This document shows positions 1-9,579 of a DNA stretch of 64,000 nt, piece by piece. The DNA lies in NCBI GenBank assembly GCA_965217035.1, contig OZ244226.1, forward strand, positions 1,222,146 to 1,286,145, given 5' to 3'. The notes under the pieces were generated by a model. The model worked only from the letters and a program-made list of their open reading frames with translations, had not been told where the DNA came from and did not search any database. Position numbers and translations under genes: made by a program. How positions within the stretch are numbered: position 1 is the stretch's first letter; each line of letters opens with the position of its first letter. The DNA is from Bacteriovoracaceae bacterium. Its GTDB lineage: Bacteria; Bdellovibrionota; Bacteriovoracia; Bacteriovoracales; Bacteriovoracaceae.

Positions 1-642
1 TGTTCGTACATAATCCTGGTAAATTTCATCCAAAATAATCGTTCTAAAGAAACGAATATCAGGACCTAACGACAGAATTATCCAAATAATTCCAGGCAGC
101 ATCGTATAGGCTAAAAAGTTAGGAAACCCTTCTTCATAACCCGAGATTTCAAACCAGCCTAGTTTAAAAGCAAAAAACCATTGAAAAAAGAGGATATACA
201 CAAGACTCGAAACACTCATAAGTGAAATACAGACAACTCGAATAAATGTATCAATTCCTCGTCCTCTGTAATAAGCGACTACAAGTGAAATTAAGATTGA
301 AAGAATTGTAGAAATAAGAAATGCAGGAACAGTTAATGTTAAAGACGGATAAGCTCTATTTGCAATCACTTCTGAAATTAACTGCTTTGTTGCCCACGAA
401 CGACCAAAGTCAAAAGTAAATGCACTTCTAACAATATCGAAATATTGAGCAGCCATCGAACGATCAAGACCCAGTTGATGTCTAAGTTCGACAACTTGGG
501 CGGCTGTCGCGTTTTTACCAAGTAATAATGGTGTTGGATCACCCGCAACGACATTAAAGAGTAAAAAGATTACAAAACTCACTCCAAAGATTACTGGAAT
601 CAAATAGAGGAGTCTTCGTAAAACATATTGTAATAACTGCAT
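1..642 (-). CDS. oppB: Oligopeptide/dipeptide ABC transporter permease (OppB/DppB family), runs off the window start
   Basis: Not in the ORF track. Manual translation from ATG at 642 gives MQLLQYVLRRLLYLIPVIFGVSFVIFLLFNVVAGDP, a typical OppB N-terminus; it lies directly downstream of the binding-protein gene. Confidence 0.9.
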   Translation of the reverse strand, partial: MQLLQYVLRRLLYLIPVIFGVSFVIFLLFNVVAGDPTPLLLGKNATAAQVVELRHQLGLDRSMAAQYFDIVRSAFTFDFGRSWATKQLISEVIANRAYPSLTLTVPAFLISTILSILISLVVAYYRGRGIDTFIRVVCISLMSVSSLVYILFFQWFFAFKLGWFEISGYEEGFPNFLAYTMLPGIIWIILSLGPDIRFFRTIILDEIYQDYVRT

Positions 643-648
643 GCTATC

Positions 649-2415
649 TTATAACTTGTCTGAACTTTCAGTCTTAGCTTTAGAATCAATATCAAAATAC
701 TTCGCAATACCATGATTGAACTCTGTAAATTTATAGTTTTTTAACCAGCTATGAAGAAGTCCATAACCAACTCTATGGAAACCAAAGATAAGCGGAACTT
801 TTTCAGAAGCAAACTTATACATTTTTTCATAGAGAGCAGTCCTTTCTGGAGTATCTCCCATAATAGAAGCTTTCTCATACATTTTATCAAACTCTGGATC
901 ATGAAAATTTGAACCATTCGATCCAGGAGCTTTATTTGCACTATAAAGAAGTTGAAGAAAGTTCTCCGCATCAGGATAGTCAGCTCCCCAAGCCATGCCA
1001 AACATCATTGTCTGTTTAGTGTTGACAAGTTTCATAAGCTCCGGCCAAGTCACTCCCATTGGTTTCACTCTAATACCTATTTGAGACATCATTTGTTGGA
1101 ACATCTCAGTCATCTGACGACCTTTTGTATCGTACTTATAATGGTAAGTAATTTCTGGAAGACCTTTTCCTCCAGGATAACCAGCTTCTTTTAGAAGCTT
1201 TTTAGCAAGTTCTAGATTGAAACTCTGATAAGGGCCTGCATAACCATTAATATGTCCCGCAATATTTGGAGGGACAATTGATTGAGCCGGAACAGAAATT
1301 CCGTAGAAAAAGTTCTTATTAATTTTATCTCTATCAAAAGCTGCAGACATTGCTTGTCTTAGCTTAACATTATCTTTGAAAAGTGGATGCTCATGATTAA
1401 AAGCATTGTAAGTCACATCAAGGCCAACTTTTTTCTCTGCTCTGATTCCCTTTTTCGTAAAATCTTCAGCTAAACCTTTCCCAGGAACAATAACTTGGTT
1501 AAATTGCTCAGCCGGAATCGTCATTGTATCAAGTTTTCCCTTAAGAAAGTTCAACCATCTTGTTTGCTCTTCTGTAATAACTGAAACAACAACTTTATCA
1601 ACAAGTGGAATCTTCTTTCCTTTATCTTTTAGTAATCCCTTCGCTTCATCACCTGCTTCGCCTTCAGAAGGGTAAAACTCATCTCTATACTTAGGGTTCT
1701 TTATATAAGTAATCTTGTTGCCTTGAGTATACTTCCCAGTAAAAAATGGACCTGTTCCAACTGGATTATTAAGAAACTCAGCTCCATACTTCTCAACAGC
1801 CTCTTTAGGAACAACATAAGTAAAAGGCATCGCTAAAGCATAAAGAAACTGTGGAAAAGGTTTTGTTAATTTAAATTGAACAGTGTGTGAGTCAATCGCT
1901 TTAACGCCTGTAATGATCTCTTCATAATTTACTTTTGCAGAATCCGCATTTTTTTCTCTCCATTCATTAAGACCTGCAATCTTGCCATCTACTAACCACC
2001 AACCTTTTGACTGAAGCTTCGGATCAGCGAGACGTTTAATAGAATAGACAACATCAGCAGATGTCATCTCACGACCTTTTCCTTCGGGAAAACATTCGTT
2101 GTCATGAAAGAGTACGCCTTTCTTTAATTTAAAAGTATAAGTTAAACCATCAGTGGAAACTTCAGGCATTGCAGTCGCAAGATTCGGAACTAATTTATAA
2201 GGTCGTTTTAAATAATGAAATTGAAGAAGGCCTTCATAGACTCGAGCAACTTCGTTGCCCGAATAAAGATCGCTCGCCTCATTAGGGTCAAAACCCTTTA
2301 CTTTCGCTGGCGTAGAAATATAAAGAACTTTTTCTCCATTCGCTGTCCTCTTATTTTTAGTACATGAAACTGTAAAAAATAAAACGAAGCTTAAAAGACT
2401 CCAAAGTTTAAACAT
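649..2415 (-). CDS. oppA: Peptide ABC transporter substrate-binding lipoprotein (SBP family 5)
   Basis: Lipobox (TVSC), YEGLL..P.LA, YTFKLKKGVLFHD, PVGTGPF, W.ADYPDAENFL motifs; adjacent permease. Confidence 0.92.
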   Translation of the reverse strand: MFKLWSLLSFVLFFTVSCTKNKRTANGEKVLYISTPAKVKGFDPNEASDLYSGNEVARVYEGLLQFHYLKRPYKLVPNLATAMPEVSTDGLTYTFKLKKGVLFHDNECFPEGKGREMTSADVVYSIKRLADPKLQSKGWWLVDGKIAGLNEWREKNADSAKVNYEEIITGVKAIDSHTVQFKLTKPFPQFLYALAMPFTYVVPKEAVEKYGAEFLNNPVGTGPFFTGKYTQGNKITYIKNPKYRDEFYPSEGEAGDEAKGLLKDKGKKIPLVDKVVVSVITEEQTRWLNFLKGKLDTMTIPAEQFNQVIVPGKGLAEDFTKKGIRAEKKVGLDVTYNAFNHEHPLFKDNVKLRQAMSAAFDRDKINKNFFYGISVPAQSIVPPNIAGHINGYAGPYQSFNLELAKKLLKEAGYPGGKGLPEITYHYKYDTKGRQMTEMFQQMMSQIGIRVKPMGVTWPELMKLVNTKQTMMFGMAWGADYPDAENFLQLLYSANKAPGSNGSNFHDPEFDKMYEKASIMGDTPERTALYEKMYKFASEKVPLIFGFHRVGYGLLHSWLKNYKFTEFNHGIAKYFDIDSKAKTESSDKL

Positions 2416-2491
2416 AAAGAACTCCTGTTTACACTCATTTGTAACTCTATGAGTGTACCCATTTGTGTCTTAATACTCAATATTATTGAGC

Positions 2492-3190
2492 TTACAATAA
2501 AGTGGTCTCACTCTGGCAGTTATCATGATAAAAACTCACTCCCATGACCGAGTCATTTCCTCGTTGAAGCACTAGCTCACTGCTCTCAAAGTGCCCATTG
2601 AGATCATCCGAAAAACCTCGAAAATTCCATACTAGACTAAAATTATCCAGCTTTTTCGATATTCTGAGAGAGTTGCTGGAAACAGCTATATCACGACCTT
2701 TATAACGAAAGGTGCAGTTTTGAACCGGGGCCGAGCCGCACCTTTTATCAAAGTAAGATTTTCCCCAGGATGGCTTTTTTTCTCTAAAATCTTTCAAAAG
2801 AAAGATCGTTTGTCCCATAAATTGAAGAAATTTGGGAAAATACTCCCTTTTGTAATGTCTTTTTTTACGGCCCATTTCTTCGTAACCAGCAGCAAGAAGA
2901 TGGTAAAAAGACCCCTCAAAAAGATAACCTTTTCCTGCCTTTTGAACCTGAAGAACTTCCTCTCCTCTCAACGGCACATCCACACTAAGCATCCAAGTTT
3001 GATTTTCAAATATTGAACCGTAATCAAAGGAGAAGTCATCTGAACCAACTTCCACTCTCCCTTTTCCCTCTCCCGCAAGACAAGCTCCTGATAGGTATTG
3101 CTTAAACGTCGAACGAGTAATCGGTCCTCGGTCTACCAGAGTCGTACAACTAAAAAGAAAAAACAGAGTAAAAGTGATTCTCATTAACAC
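2492..3190 (-). CDS. Hypothetical lipoprotein, possibly LolB/DUF4292-like
   Basis: Lipobox LFSC; beta-rich pattern GKGRVEV..SFDY...WMLSVDVPLRGEE; follows the TPR gene. Confidence 0.55.
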   Translation of the reverse strand: MLMRITFTLFFLFSCTTLVDRGPITRSTFKQYLSGACLAGEGKGRVEVGSDDFSFDYGSIFENQTWMLSVDVPLRGEEVLQVQKAGKGYLFEGSFYHLLAAGYEEMGRKKRHYKREYFPKFLQFMGQTIFLLKDFREKKPSWGKSYFDKRCGSAPVQNCTFRYKGRDIAVSSNSLRISKKLDNFSLVWNFRGFSDDLNGHFESSELVLQRGNDSVMGVSFYHDNCQSETTLL

Positions 3191-3222
3191 ATCTTAGCTT
3201 GGATGCATTTCATTGGAAATAA

Positions 3223-5112
3223 CTAGTCTATTGAAGCTGGTAAACGATCTGATTTAAACTTTATACTAGATATAAAAGTTTGAAGCTCTTTAACAAGGCT
3301 TAAATCTCTCGTCAGAGTCATTGCTTTTCTGAAAAATTTCGTCGCTTTGCTTGGCTTTTTAAGCATCATATAAGCTTGTCCAACATGTTTATTAATAGTT
3401 GGATCTTTCGGAAGTTTCTGTTGCGCTTTTAATAGAAACTTTAAAGACTCTGAAAAGTCTCCTTTTTTGAACCAATACCATCCCATTGAATCAAGGACAT
3501 GACCATCATCTGGAGATAAATTAAAAGCTCTATTTAGATAACCATAAGCTTTCTGAAGATCTCCATTTTGTCTCTCCAGGTGAGAATAGCCAATGAAATT
3601 TAATGCATGAAAGTTATCCGGATTTTCATCGAGAATTTTTTGAATGATTGCATCAGAGTTTGAATAATCATTTTTTTTCTCATAAAGCGATGCTAAAAAG
3701 TATTTATGATTTTCTGAGAATTTTTCATGTTCTTTGACCTGCTCGAGAGAAGCCAAAGATCGACTCAATTTCGTTTTGTTTTCCCAATAAAGAGCTTCAC
3801 TGATTACTAGTTCAAAATAGAGATCAGACTTTGGCTCAATCCTTTGTTTTCTATCTAAAAGAGTTTCCAAATATCTTTTTTCAAACTTATTAGAACGATC
3901 TCCACTTGATGCCTGATATAGTTTTTTCAAAGTACTTATCAGTTTGAGTGTACTGTCATAATAGAAGTGACTCTCTGGAGTAATTCTTGCTAGATAAATC
4001 ATCGCAATTTCAGGCTGATTAATAGAAAAGTTAATATCCGATAAAAAATAGAAGGCTTTATTGGTATCTCCTCCAAGAGCTACAATTTCTTCAAGGGTTC
4101 CAATTGCTTTTCTATATTCTTTAACCTCTCTATAAAGATAAGAAAGCTTAAACTTGATTGCTGTTTCGCTTGGGTTCAAATCCGTCATCTTTTCTAGGTA
4201 AGGAAGGGCCTTTTTAAAATCACTCTGGGAAATATGAAAGTCTAAAATTCGTCCTAAAATTAAATAATCATCTGGATATTTCTTTAAATGCTTTTCAAAG
4301 AGCTTAAGAGTTTCTTTTCTCTTACCCTTTTCATCATAAATAACGGCTAAAGCGGCAAGAGCTTTAGATTGTCCATTATTCTCATCATATGATCTCTTGA
4401 AATACCTTTCACTTGTAAGAAAATCACTGCTATCGAGATAAACTCGTCCAAGTTGAAAACTAAGATCTGACTTAGCAGTTTTATTACTCATATGACATTT
4501 TTTTAGCTTAGCAATTGCAGCATTAAGATCTGTCTTCTGGTATATTTTAGATGCTCGAGTACAAGATTCTGCATTATTAGAATCAACTTTCAAAACCATC
4601 TCGTATATTGCAAGAGCTTCAAGCCTCTTATCAACTGATTCGTAAAGACTCCCCATAAGAAGACCAAGGTTCACCTTATCTTCTTTTTCAGTGGAAACTT
4701 CATAAGCTTTGCGAAGTGAATCGAGGGCTTCTGGTAATTTCCCAGTTCTGATGAGTCCTAAGGAATATTTTTTCAGAAGAAAAAGATCATTGGGCTTAAG
4801 CGTAAGAAGAGCTGCCTGATATTTCACAACGCGGTCATATTCAAGTCGAGTTTCAAAAACATTAGACTTTAAATAAAGATCTTGGGTAAAAAAAGATTTT
4901 TCCTCTTCAGTTTTAGCAGCGTGATAAGATTTCAGAACGGACTCTATATATGATTCGTCCTCACCAAACTCAGAAAAGTTGCAGCTAGCGCAATCTGGAA
5001 ACTTAACGCTAAGAATTTTAAGTTCCGAGTTACGTTGAGGGCTGGAGCACGACAGTAGCATCACAGCAAAAAGAGTAAAAAGTTGAAAAAGTATTTTAGA
5101 TAAAACCCGCAT
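3223..5112 (-). CDS. Tetratricopeptide-repeat lipoprotein
   Basis: Lipobox LLSC; multiple TPRs; C-terminal ALNFIGY...PDDGHVLDSMGW motif of envelope TPR proteins. Confidence 0.85.
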   Translation of the reverse strand: MRVLSKILFQLFTLFAVMLLSCSSPQRNSELKILSVKFPDCASCNFSEFGEDESYIESVLKSYHAAKTEEEKSFFTQDLYLKSNVFETRLEYDRVVKYQAALLTLKPNDLFLLKKYSLGLIRTGKLPEALDSLRKAYEVSTEKEDKVNLGLLMGSLYESVDKRLEALAIYEMVLKVDSNNAESCTRASKIYQKTDLNAAIAKLKKCHMSNKTAKSDLSFQLGRVYLDSSDFLTSERYFKRSYDENNGQSKALAALAVIYDEKGKRKETLKLFEKHLKKYPDDYLILGRILDFHISQSDFKKALPYLEKMTDLNPSETAIKFKLSYLYREVKEYRKAIGTLEEIVALGGDTNKAFYFLSDINFSINQPEIAMIYLARITPESHFYYDSTLKLISTLKKLYQASSGDRSNKFEKRYLETLLDRKQRIEPKSDLYFELVISEALYWENKTKLSRSLASLEQVKEHEKFSENHKYFLASLYEKKNDYSNSDAIIQKILDENPDNFHALNFIGYSHLERQNGDLQKAYGYLNRAFNLSPDDGHVLDSMGWYWFKKGDFSESLKFLLKAQQKLPKDPTINKHVGQAYMMLKKPSKATKFFRKAMTLTRDLSLVKELQTFISSIKFKSDRLPASID

Positions 5113-5133
5113 CCTACAAGCTCCTTAAGACTT

Positions 5134-5161
5134 AAATCGGTCTTGAAGCTCGAAACCATGA
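5134..5161 (-). promoter_or_regulatory. Putative sigma28 (FliA)-type promoter of the TPR gene
   Basis: TCATG-N15-ACCGATTT, 22 nt upstream of the ATG. Confidence 0.5.
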
Positions 5162-5382
5162 GTTAAAGGGACTGATAGGGTAATTTTTTCAACGCGTAAT
5201 ATTGCGTGATATCAATAACCTACAAGATGCACAAAAATACTTGACCCTCTGGGTTGACATCAATGGCCAACCGTCGTAGAAACACGATGCGTTCAATATG
5301 ACGAGTTATTTAGAGCTTAGCATTAAGGATTAATGCAAGATGCTTTATTTAACTTGATTAACAAACTGAGGGGAAATGTACT

Positions 5383-5802
5383 ATGGAAAAAGTCAGAATC
5401 ATTAAAAGGTATCAGAACCGTAAGTTGTATGACACTCACCAGTCATGTTACGTGACTCTTGAGGAAATTGCCCAAATTATTAGAGAAGGCAATGAAATCA
5501 AAGTTATTGATAACAAGACGCAAAGAGACATCACTTACACGACTCAGATTCAACTTCTTTTTGATCAAGAAAAGAAGTCTAAGGGCCCTGAGAACACTGA
5601 ACTTCTTAAGCGTGTTATCAGATCTGAAACTGGGATCTTTTCTGGATACATCAAGTCTCTTGAGAAAAATCTTGGCATCGGTAATCATGCTGCTGAGGAA
5701 AAATTTGTTGAAGAAGAAGTGGCAGTTCCAGCTCCAGAAGTTGCGAATTACCTCAACAACATCAACAACACAGGAATTGAAACTCCAAATACTTTAAACT
5801 AA
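5383..5802 (+). CDS. phaR: PhaR-like polyhydroxyalkanoate synthesis regulator DNA-binding domain protein
   Basis: N-terminal RIIKRYQNRKLYDT..S.YVTLEEIAQIIREG..IKVIDNKT..DIT is the PHB-accumulation regulator DNA-binding domain; SD GAGGGG. Confidence 0.85.
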   Translation: MEKVRIIKRYQNRKLYDTHQSCYVTLEEIAQIIREGNEIKVIDNKTQRDITYTTQIQLLFDQEKKSKGPENTELLKRVIRSETGIFSGYIKSLEKNLGIGNHAAEEKFVEEEVAVPAPEVANYLNNINNTGIETPNTLN

Positions 5803-5836
5803 ACTAGTTTTAGTCTTAAGTTTTTAAGGAGTTAAG

Positions 5837-6541
5837 GTGAAAAAGCCTTTAAGAATTTCCAAAAATATCTTAAGCCTCGTCTTCGTGACGGGGCTTTTTA
5901 TTTCTGCCACTTCGTCTGCACAGAACTACTCTATAGAGAATCCAAATAATAAACCGGTAAAAAGAAAGGTTGTGCCAAAACCAGCGCCGGCGACCCCCAC
6001 ACCGATTCCTGCGCCATCGATGCCAAGTGACCCAACTCCACCAGCTTACCTCCGTCATTCTGTGACTTTTGCTTTTGGTCAAAGTTATCTTTTCGGAGAC
6101 TTCAGTGATCTTGGAGAAGAAAAAGTCATTGTGGATCTCTTTTATCATTATAGAGCATCTTATATTTTTCAATTCCAGTTAAATATTCACTCTCATGAAT
6201 TCACTCTGAGTGGACAGTCTATTCGACTGAGCTCTGCAAATGCTGCTATCAAGGCAAAGCTTTATGATTTTGATTCATTTGCTCCGTATATTCTTGGAGG
6301 CCTTGGTCTTTACTGGCCTGAAGCTGATCGCTTTATTGGAAGTACATTAACAAATACGGACTCCGATACAACAATGGGACTCAATTTCGGTGCAGGCATG
6401 GATCTCTATCTTAATCAGAGGTTCGCAACTGGATTCTTGCTCCATTACCACTTACCCTTTCGCTTAAAGTATGATGACCAACCTTCATTGTCTGGGCATT
6501 ATATGAAGCTACTGGTCACGTTGACTTACTCTTTTATGTAG
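5837..6541 (+). CDS. Outer-membrane beta-barrel protein (OmpA/OmpW-like 8-stranded) with Pro-rich linker
   Basis: Signal peptide, Pro-rich segment, PYILGGLG and GLNFGAGMD strands, C-terminal LTYSF. Confidence 0.75.
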   Translation: MKKPLRISKNILSLVFVTGLFISATSSAQNYSIENPNNKPVKRKVVPKPAPATPTPIPAPSMPSDPTPPAYLRHSVTFAFGQSYLFGDFSDLGEEKVIVDLFYHYRASYIFQFQLNIHSHEFTLSGQSIRLSSANAAIKAKLYDFDSFAPYILGGLGLYWPEADRFIGSTLTNTDSDTTMGLNFGAGMDLYLNQRFATGFLLHYHLPFRLKYDDQPSLSGHYMKLLVTLTYSFM

Positions 6542-6548
6542 GAAACTC

Positions 6549-7379
6549 ATGAGCAATAACACTCCTAGAAAACTTTATCTCTTCACGGGAAAAGGAGGAG
6601 TCGGGAAAACCTCTCTTAGCTTAGCCTTTGCTGAATCGTTAAAGAAACAGAGTGTTGACGTGCATTACGTCACCTTTAGCTCTTCCTCTATGAACAAGCA
6701 AAAGCGACAACAGTTCCAGGAACTCAAGTCTTATCTTAAAGAAATCTCACTTCCTTTAGTCACATTAGAGCTCGAAGAAACGATCCAAAACTATATCGGG
6801 ATGAAGTTTAACTCTAAGACCATCGCACAGTTTATTGTCAGAGCCCCATTTTTTAGATCCTTGATTAACATCATCCCTGGATTCAACTATGTCATCTTTA
6901 TGGGACAACTCATGAAGTATATTAAAGACAATCCCAAATCAGTCTATATTATAGATGGTCCTGCAAGTGGACACGGTCTTACACTTCTCAGTGCCATTTA
7001 TAAGTTCCGAGAAATCTTCGGATCAGGACTTTTATTTCAAGATTGCGTCGAATTGATCGAGTTTCTCGAAAAAACTGAAAACTTTAAAATAAACCTAGCA
7101 ACTCTCCCTCAAGGACTTGTTGCCAATGAAACACTTGAAACTTATCAAGAAATTCAAAAGATTTATGAATTTCCTACAAAGATTCTTATCAATCAATCGA
7201 TCAGCCACATTCAAGACCTTCATAACTCTAAGTTTTTAGCACAGTATAGAGAGCGAGAAGTCGCTTCGCTTGAAATGCTTCAAGGTCATGAACCGGCCCA
7301 AGTGCCTTTGCTTCCTGGCCAATCATTCTTTGAAACGGTTCATAAAATATCTGAATCCTCTCTGGAGAATCTTTTATGA
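6549..7379 (+). CDS. ArsA/Get3-family ATPase, subunit 1
   Basis: FTGKGGVGKT deviant Walker A, IIDGPASGH switch II. Confidence 0.8.
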   Translation: MSNNTPRKLYLFTGKGGVGKTSLSLAFAESLKKQSVDVHYVTFSSSSMNKQKRQQFQELKSYLKEISLPLVTLELEETIQNYIGMKFNSKTIAQFIVRAPFFRSLINIIPGFNYVIFMGQLMKYIKDNPKSVYIIDGPASGHGLTLLSAIYKFREIFGSGLLFQDCVELIEFLEKTENFKINLATLPQGLVANETLETYQEIQKIYEFPTKILINQSISHIQDLHNSKFLAQYREREVASLEMLQGHEPAQVPLLPGQSFFETVHKISESSLENLL

Positions 7380-8365
7380 GTCATTTAGAAATTTTTTGTG
7401 GAACTGGAGGAGTAGGAAAAACAACACTTTCTTATTGCAGAGCCCTGAGCCTAGCAGAGTCGGGAAAAAGGGTTCTTATTCTAACAATTGATCCCTCTCA
7501 TCGATTAAAAGATTTTATCGACCAACAGTCTCTGGAGAACTTCACGATAAAAGTGATTCAACCCAGAAAAATTTTTGCTCGTATCCTTAAAAAAGAAGAG
7601 CTTCCAGATAACCGAATTCTTGAACTTCTCATGTCTAATTATGCTGGTATGAATGAGATACTATCCTTAGTCGAGCTTCAAGAGGTTATTGCTAATGAGA
7701 GTTATGACACTGTCGTGCTTGATACGGCTCCGGGAGGTCACTTTATCGACTTTCTTGAAAGCATTCAAAAGATTAATTCATTTTTTAATAAAACCTTTAT
7801 GGAGATCCTCACTCACTTAAACGCTAAGGAAGAAAGAAAAAAGAGAGCTAATCTATTCAAAGCCATTGTTCAGTCTGGAATTGAAAAACTTCTTAGCTAT
7901 CTAGAGAAAGTTACTGGAGGAACCTTTATTCAAGAATTTCTGGACTCTATCTCTATTATGTATGGACTGAGAGATAAATTTCTCAAAACCTTAGAGCTCC
8001 AAAAACAGCTTTTTAATCCAGAAAAATGCTCATGGTTTTTGGTGACGAGTGCTGATCAGCAAAAATACTTCGAAGTGAAAGCAATGGTAGAGAATAAAAA
8101 TTTTGCCAAATCGAACACATTCGCCATTATCAATAAAAGTAATCTGACTAGACTCAAAGAAGAGGTGGAGTTTATTCCTGACCAATCTCCGGCCAGAAGC
8201 ATCATTAATTATTATATCAACAATGAGCAAAAGCTCTCTGCGAATATTTCTCAAGACTTCGAGAATATTGTAACATTTGGCGAGATTATCTCGAATGATC
8301 TCAATGAACAGATTCAATACCTCAAAGAAGAGTGGAAGAAATATGAGCTACAAGATTCAAACTAA
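7376..8365 (+). CDS. ArsA/Get3-family ATPase, subunit 2
   Basis: GTGGVGKTT, LTIDPS, YDTVVLDTAPGGH; 4-nt overlap with the previous gene. Confidence 0.85.
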   Translation: MSHLEIFCGTGGVGKTTLSYCRALSLAESGKRVLILTIDPSHRLKDFIDQQSLENFTIKVIQPRKIFARILKKEELPDNRILELLMSNYAGMNEILSLVELQEVIANESYDTVVLDTAPGGHFIDFLESIQKINSFFNKTFMEILTHLNAKEERKKRANLFKAIVQSGIEKLLSYLEKVTGGTFIQEFLDSISIMYGLRDKFLKTLELQKQLFNPEKCSWFLVTSADQQKYFEVKAMVENKNFAKSNTFAIINKSNLTRLKEEVEFIPDQSPARSIINYYINNEQKLSANISQDFENIVTFGEIISNDLNEQIQYLKEEWKKYELQDSN

Positions 8366-9560
8366 AGCAGAGTTCGAACAATTTGCAACAGAGAGCTGGG
8401 ATGAGATCAATGATTTCCTTTGCTCTATCTCTAAAGAACTCCCTATTCCTTTTTATAGTAGTGTTGATATTCGTGAAAGCGTGACTCGATTTGCCCCTGT
8501 CGACAATAATCTCTATCCGGCTGGCTTCAATAATATTTGCATGCTCGATCAAAACATTGCTGTTGATCGTATCAAACAAGAAATTTTCAAAACGAATCCA
8601 GGTATAAAGAAAGTCGCAATCCTAACTGAATCTCATACGAAGAATCTTTTTTATCTTGATCACCTTCATGCACTCAAAACCATTGTTGAAAGAGCTGGTT
8701 TTGAAACAAATGTCATTACATTAGATGAAGACCTGATGGAAGGAAAGGACGCACTTCAACTCAAATCAAAATCTGAATATGATATAACAATCTCTCTTGC
8801 TAAAGTTATTGATAACAAATTCACAGTCGCAGGAGAAGAAATTGAATATGTCATTCTTAATAACGATCAATCCAATCCAATTAATCTAGACTGGGCAGCC
8901 ATAGAAACACCTGTAAAACCTCCTGCACAGATGGGATGGTTTTATCGTAAAAAGACAGAACACTTCCGTCATTATCATGATGCTTGTCAAAAATTCTGTG
9001 ACCACTTCTCCGTTGATCCATACCTTATTCAAGCACGTTTTCGAATTGTTAACGATATCGATTTTCTTGAAAAAGCCGGCTTAGAGCAACTCTCTGACCA
9101 GGTCAAAGAGCTTCAATCTGAAATGACTGACAGTAAAAAGGTTTTCATAAAAGCCAATCAAGGCACTTATGGGATGGGGATCATGACAGCTGATAGCCCT
9201 GAAGAAGTTTTAAATATGAATCGTAAGATTCGAAATAAAATGGACATTGGAAAAAATAAGAAAAAATTTGATTCCGTTATTATTCAGGAAGGTATTCAAA
9301 CAGCTATTACCCACGATGGGAATCCTGCTGAAATCACAATATATCTAGTCGGTGGTCGGAGTGTTGGAGGCTTTATGCGGAGCAACCCTTTAAAAGACTC
9401 TGAGAGCAATCTCAATAGCCGAGGGATGGTTTATCAAAAGTTCTGTATCAGTGAAATTCATCAAGGACACGACCATAAGGCTAAAGAGGCTGTCTATTCA
9501 ATTATAGCAAGGATCTCGACAATTGCTGCGTCATATGAAATAACAGATGCTTTGAAATAA
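8343..9560 (+). CDS. gshA: Glutamate-cysteine ligase, divergent ATP-grasp-type GshA family
   Basis: PFYSSVDIR..PVD.NLYPAGFNN and FIKANQGTYGMGIMT..MNRK.RNKM motifs; start placed at ATG 8343 (MSYKIQ) to avoid the long overlap. Confidence 0.8.
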   Translation: MSYKIQTKAEFEQFATESWDEINDFLCSISKELPIPFYSSVDIRESVTRFAPVDNNLYPAGFNNICMLDQNIAVDRIKQEIFKTNPGIKKVAILTESHTKNLFYLDHLHALKTIVERAGFETNVITLDEDLMEGKDALQLKSKSEYDITISLAKVIDNKFTVAGEEIEYVILNNDQSNPINLDWAAIETPVKPPAQMGWFYRKKTEHFRHYHDACQKFCDHFSVDPYLIQARFRIVNDIDFLEKAGLEQLSDQVKELQSEMTDSKKVFIKANQGTYGMGIMTADSPEEVLNMNRKIRNKMDIGKNKKKFDSVIIQEGIQTAITHDGNPAEITIYLVGGRSVGGFMRSNPLKDSESNLNSRGMVYQKFCISEIHQGHDHKAKEAVYSIIARISTIAASYEITDALK

Positions 9561-9579
9561 TCTGCTATAAAGAGTCAAT

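Noticed and set aside
2429..2457. CIRCE-like look of TTACACTC...GAGTGTA
   Set aside because: The spacer is 12 nt rather than 9, the arms differ from TTAGCACTC, and the downstream gene is not a chaperone.
6549..8365. Arsenic resistance operon
   Set aside because: No arsB/acr3/arsC/arsD/arsR nearby and no evident metalloid-binding Cys set.
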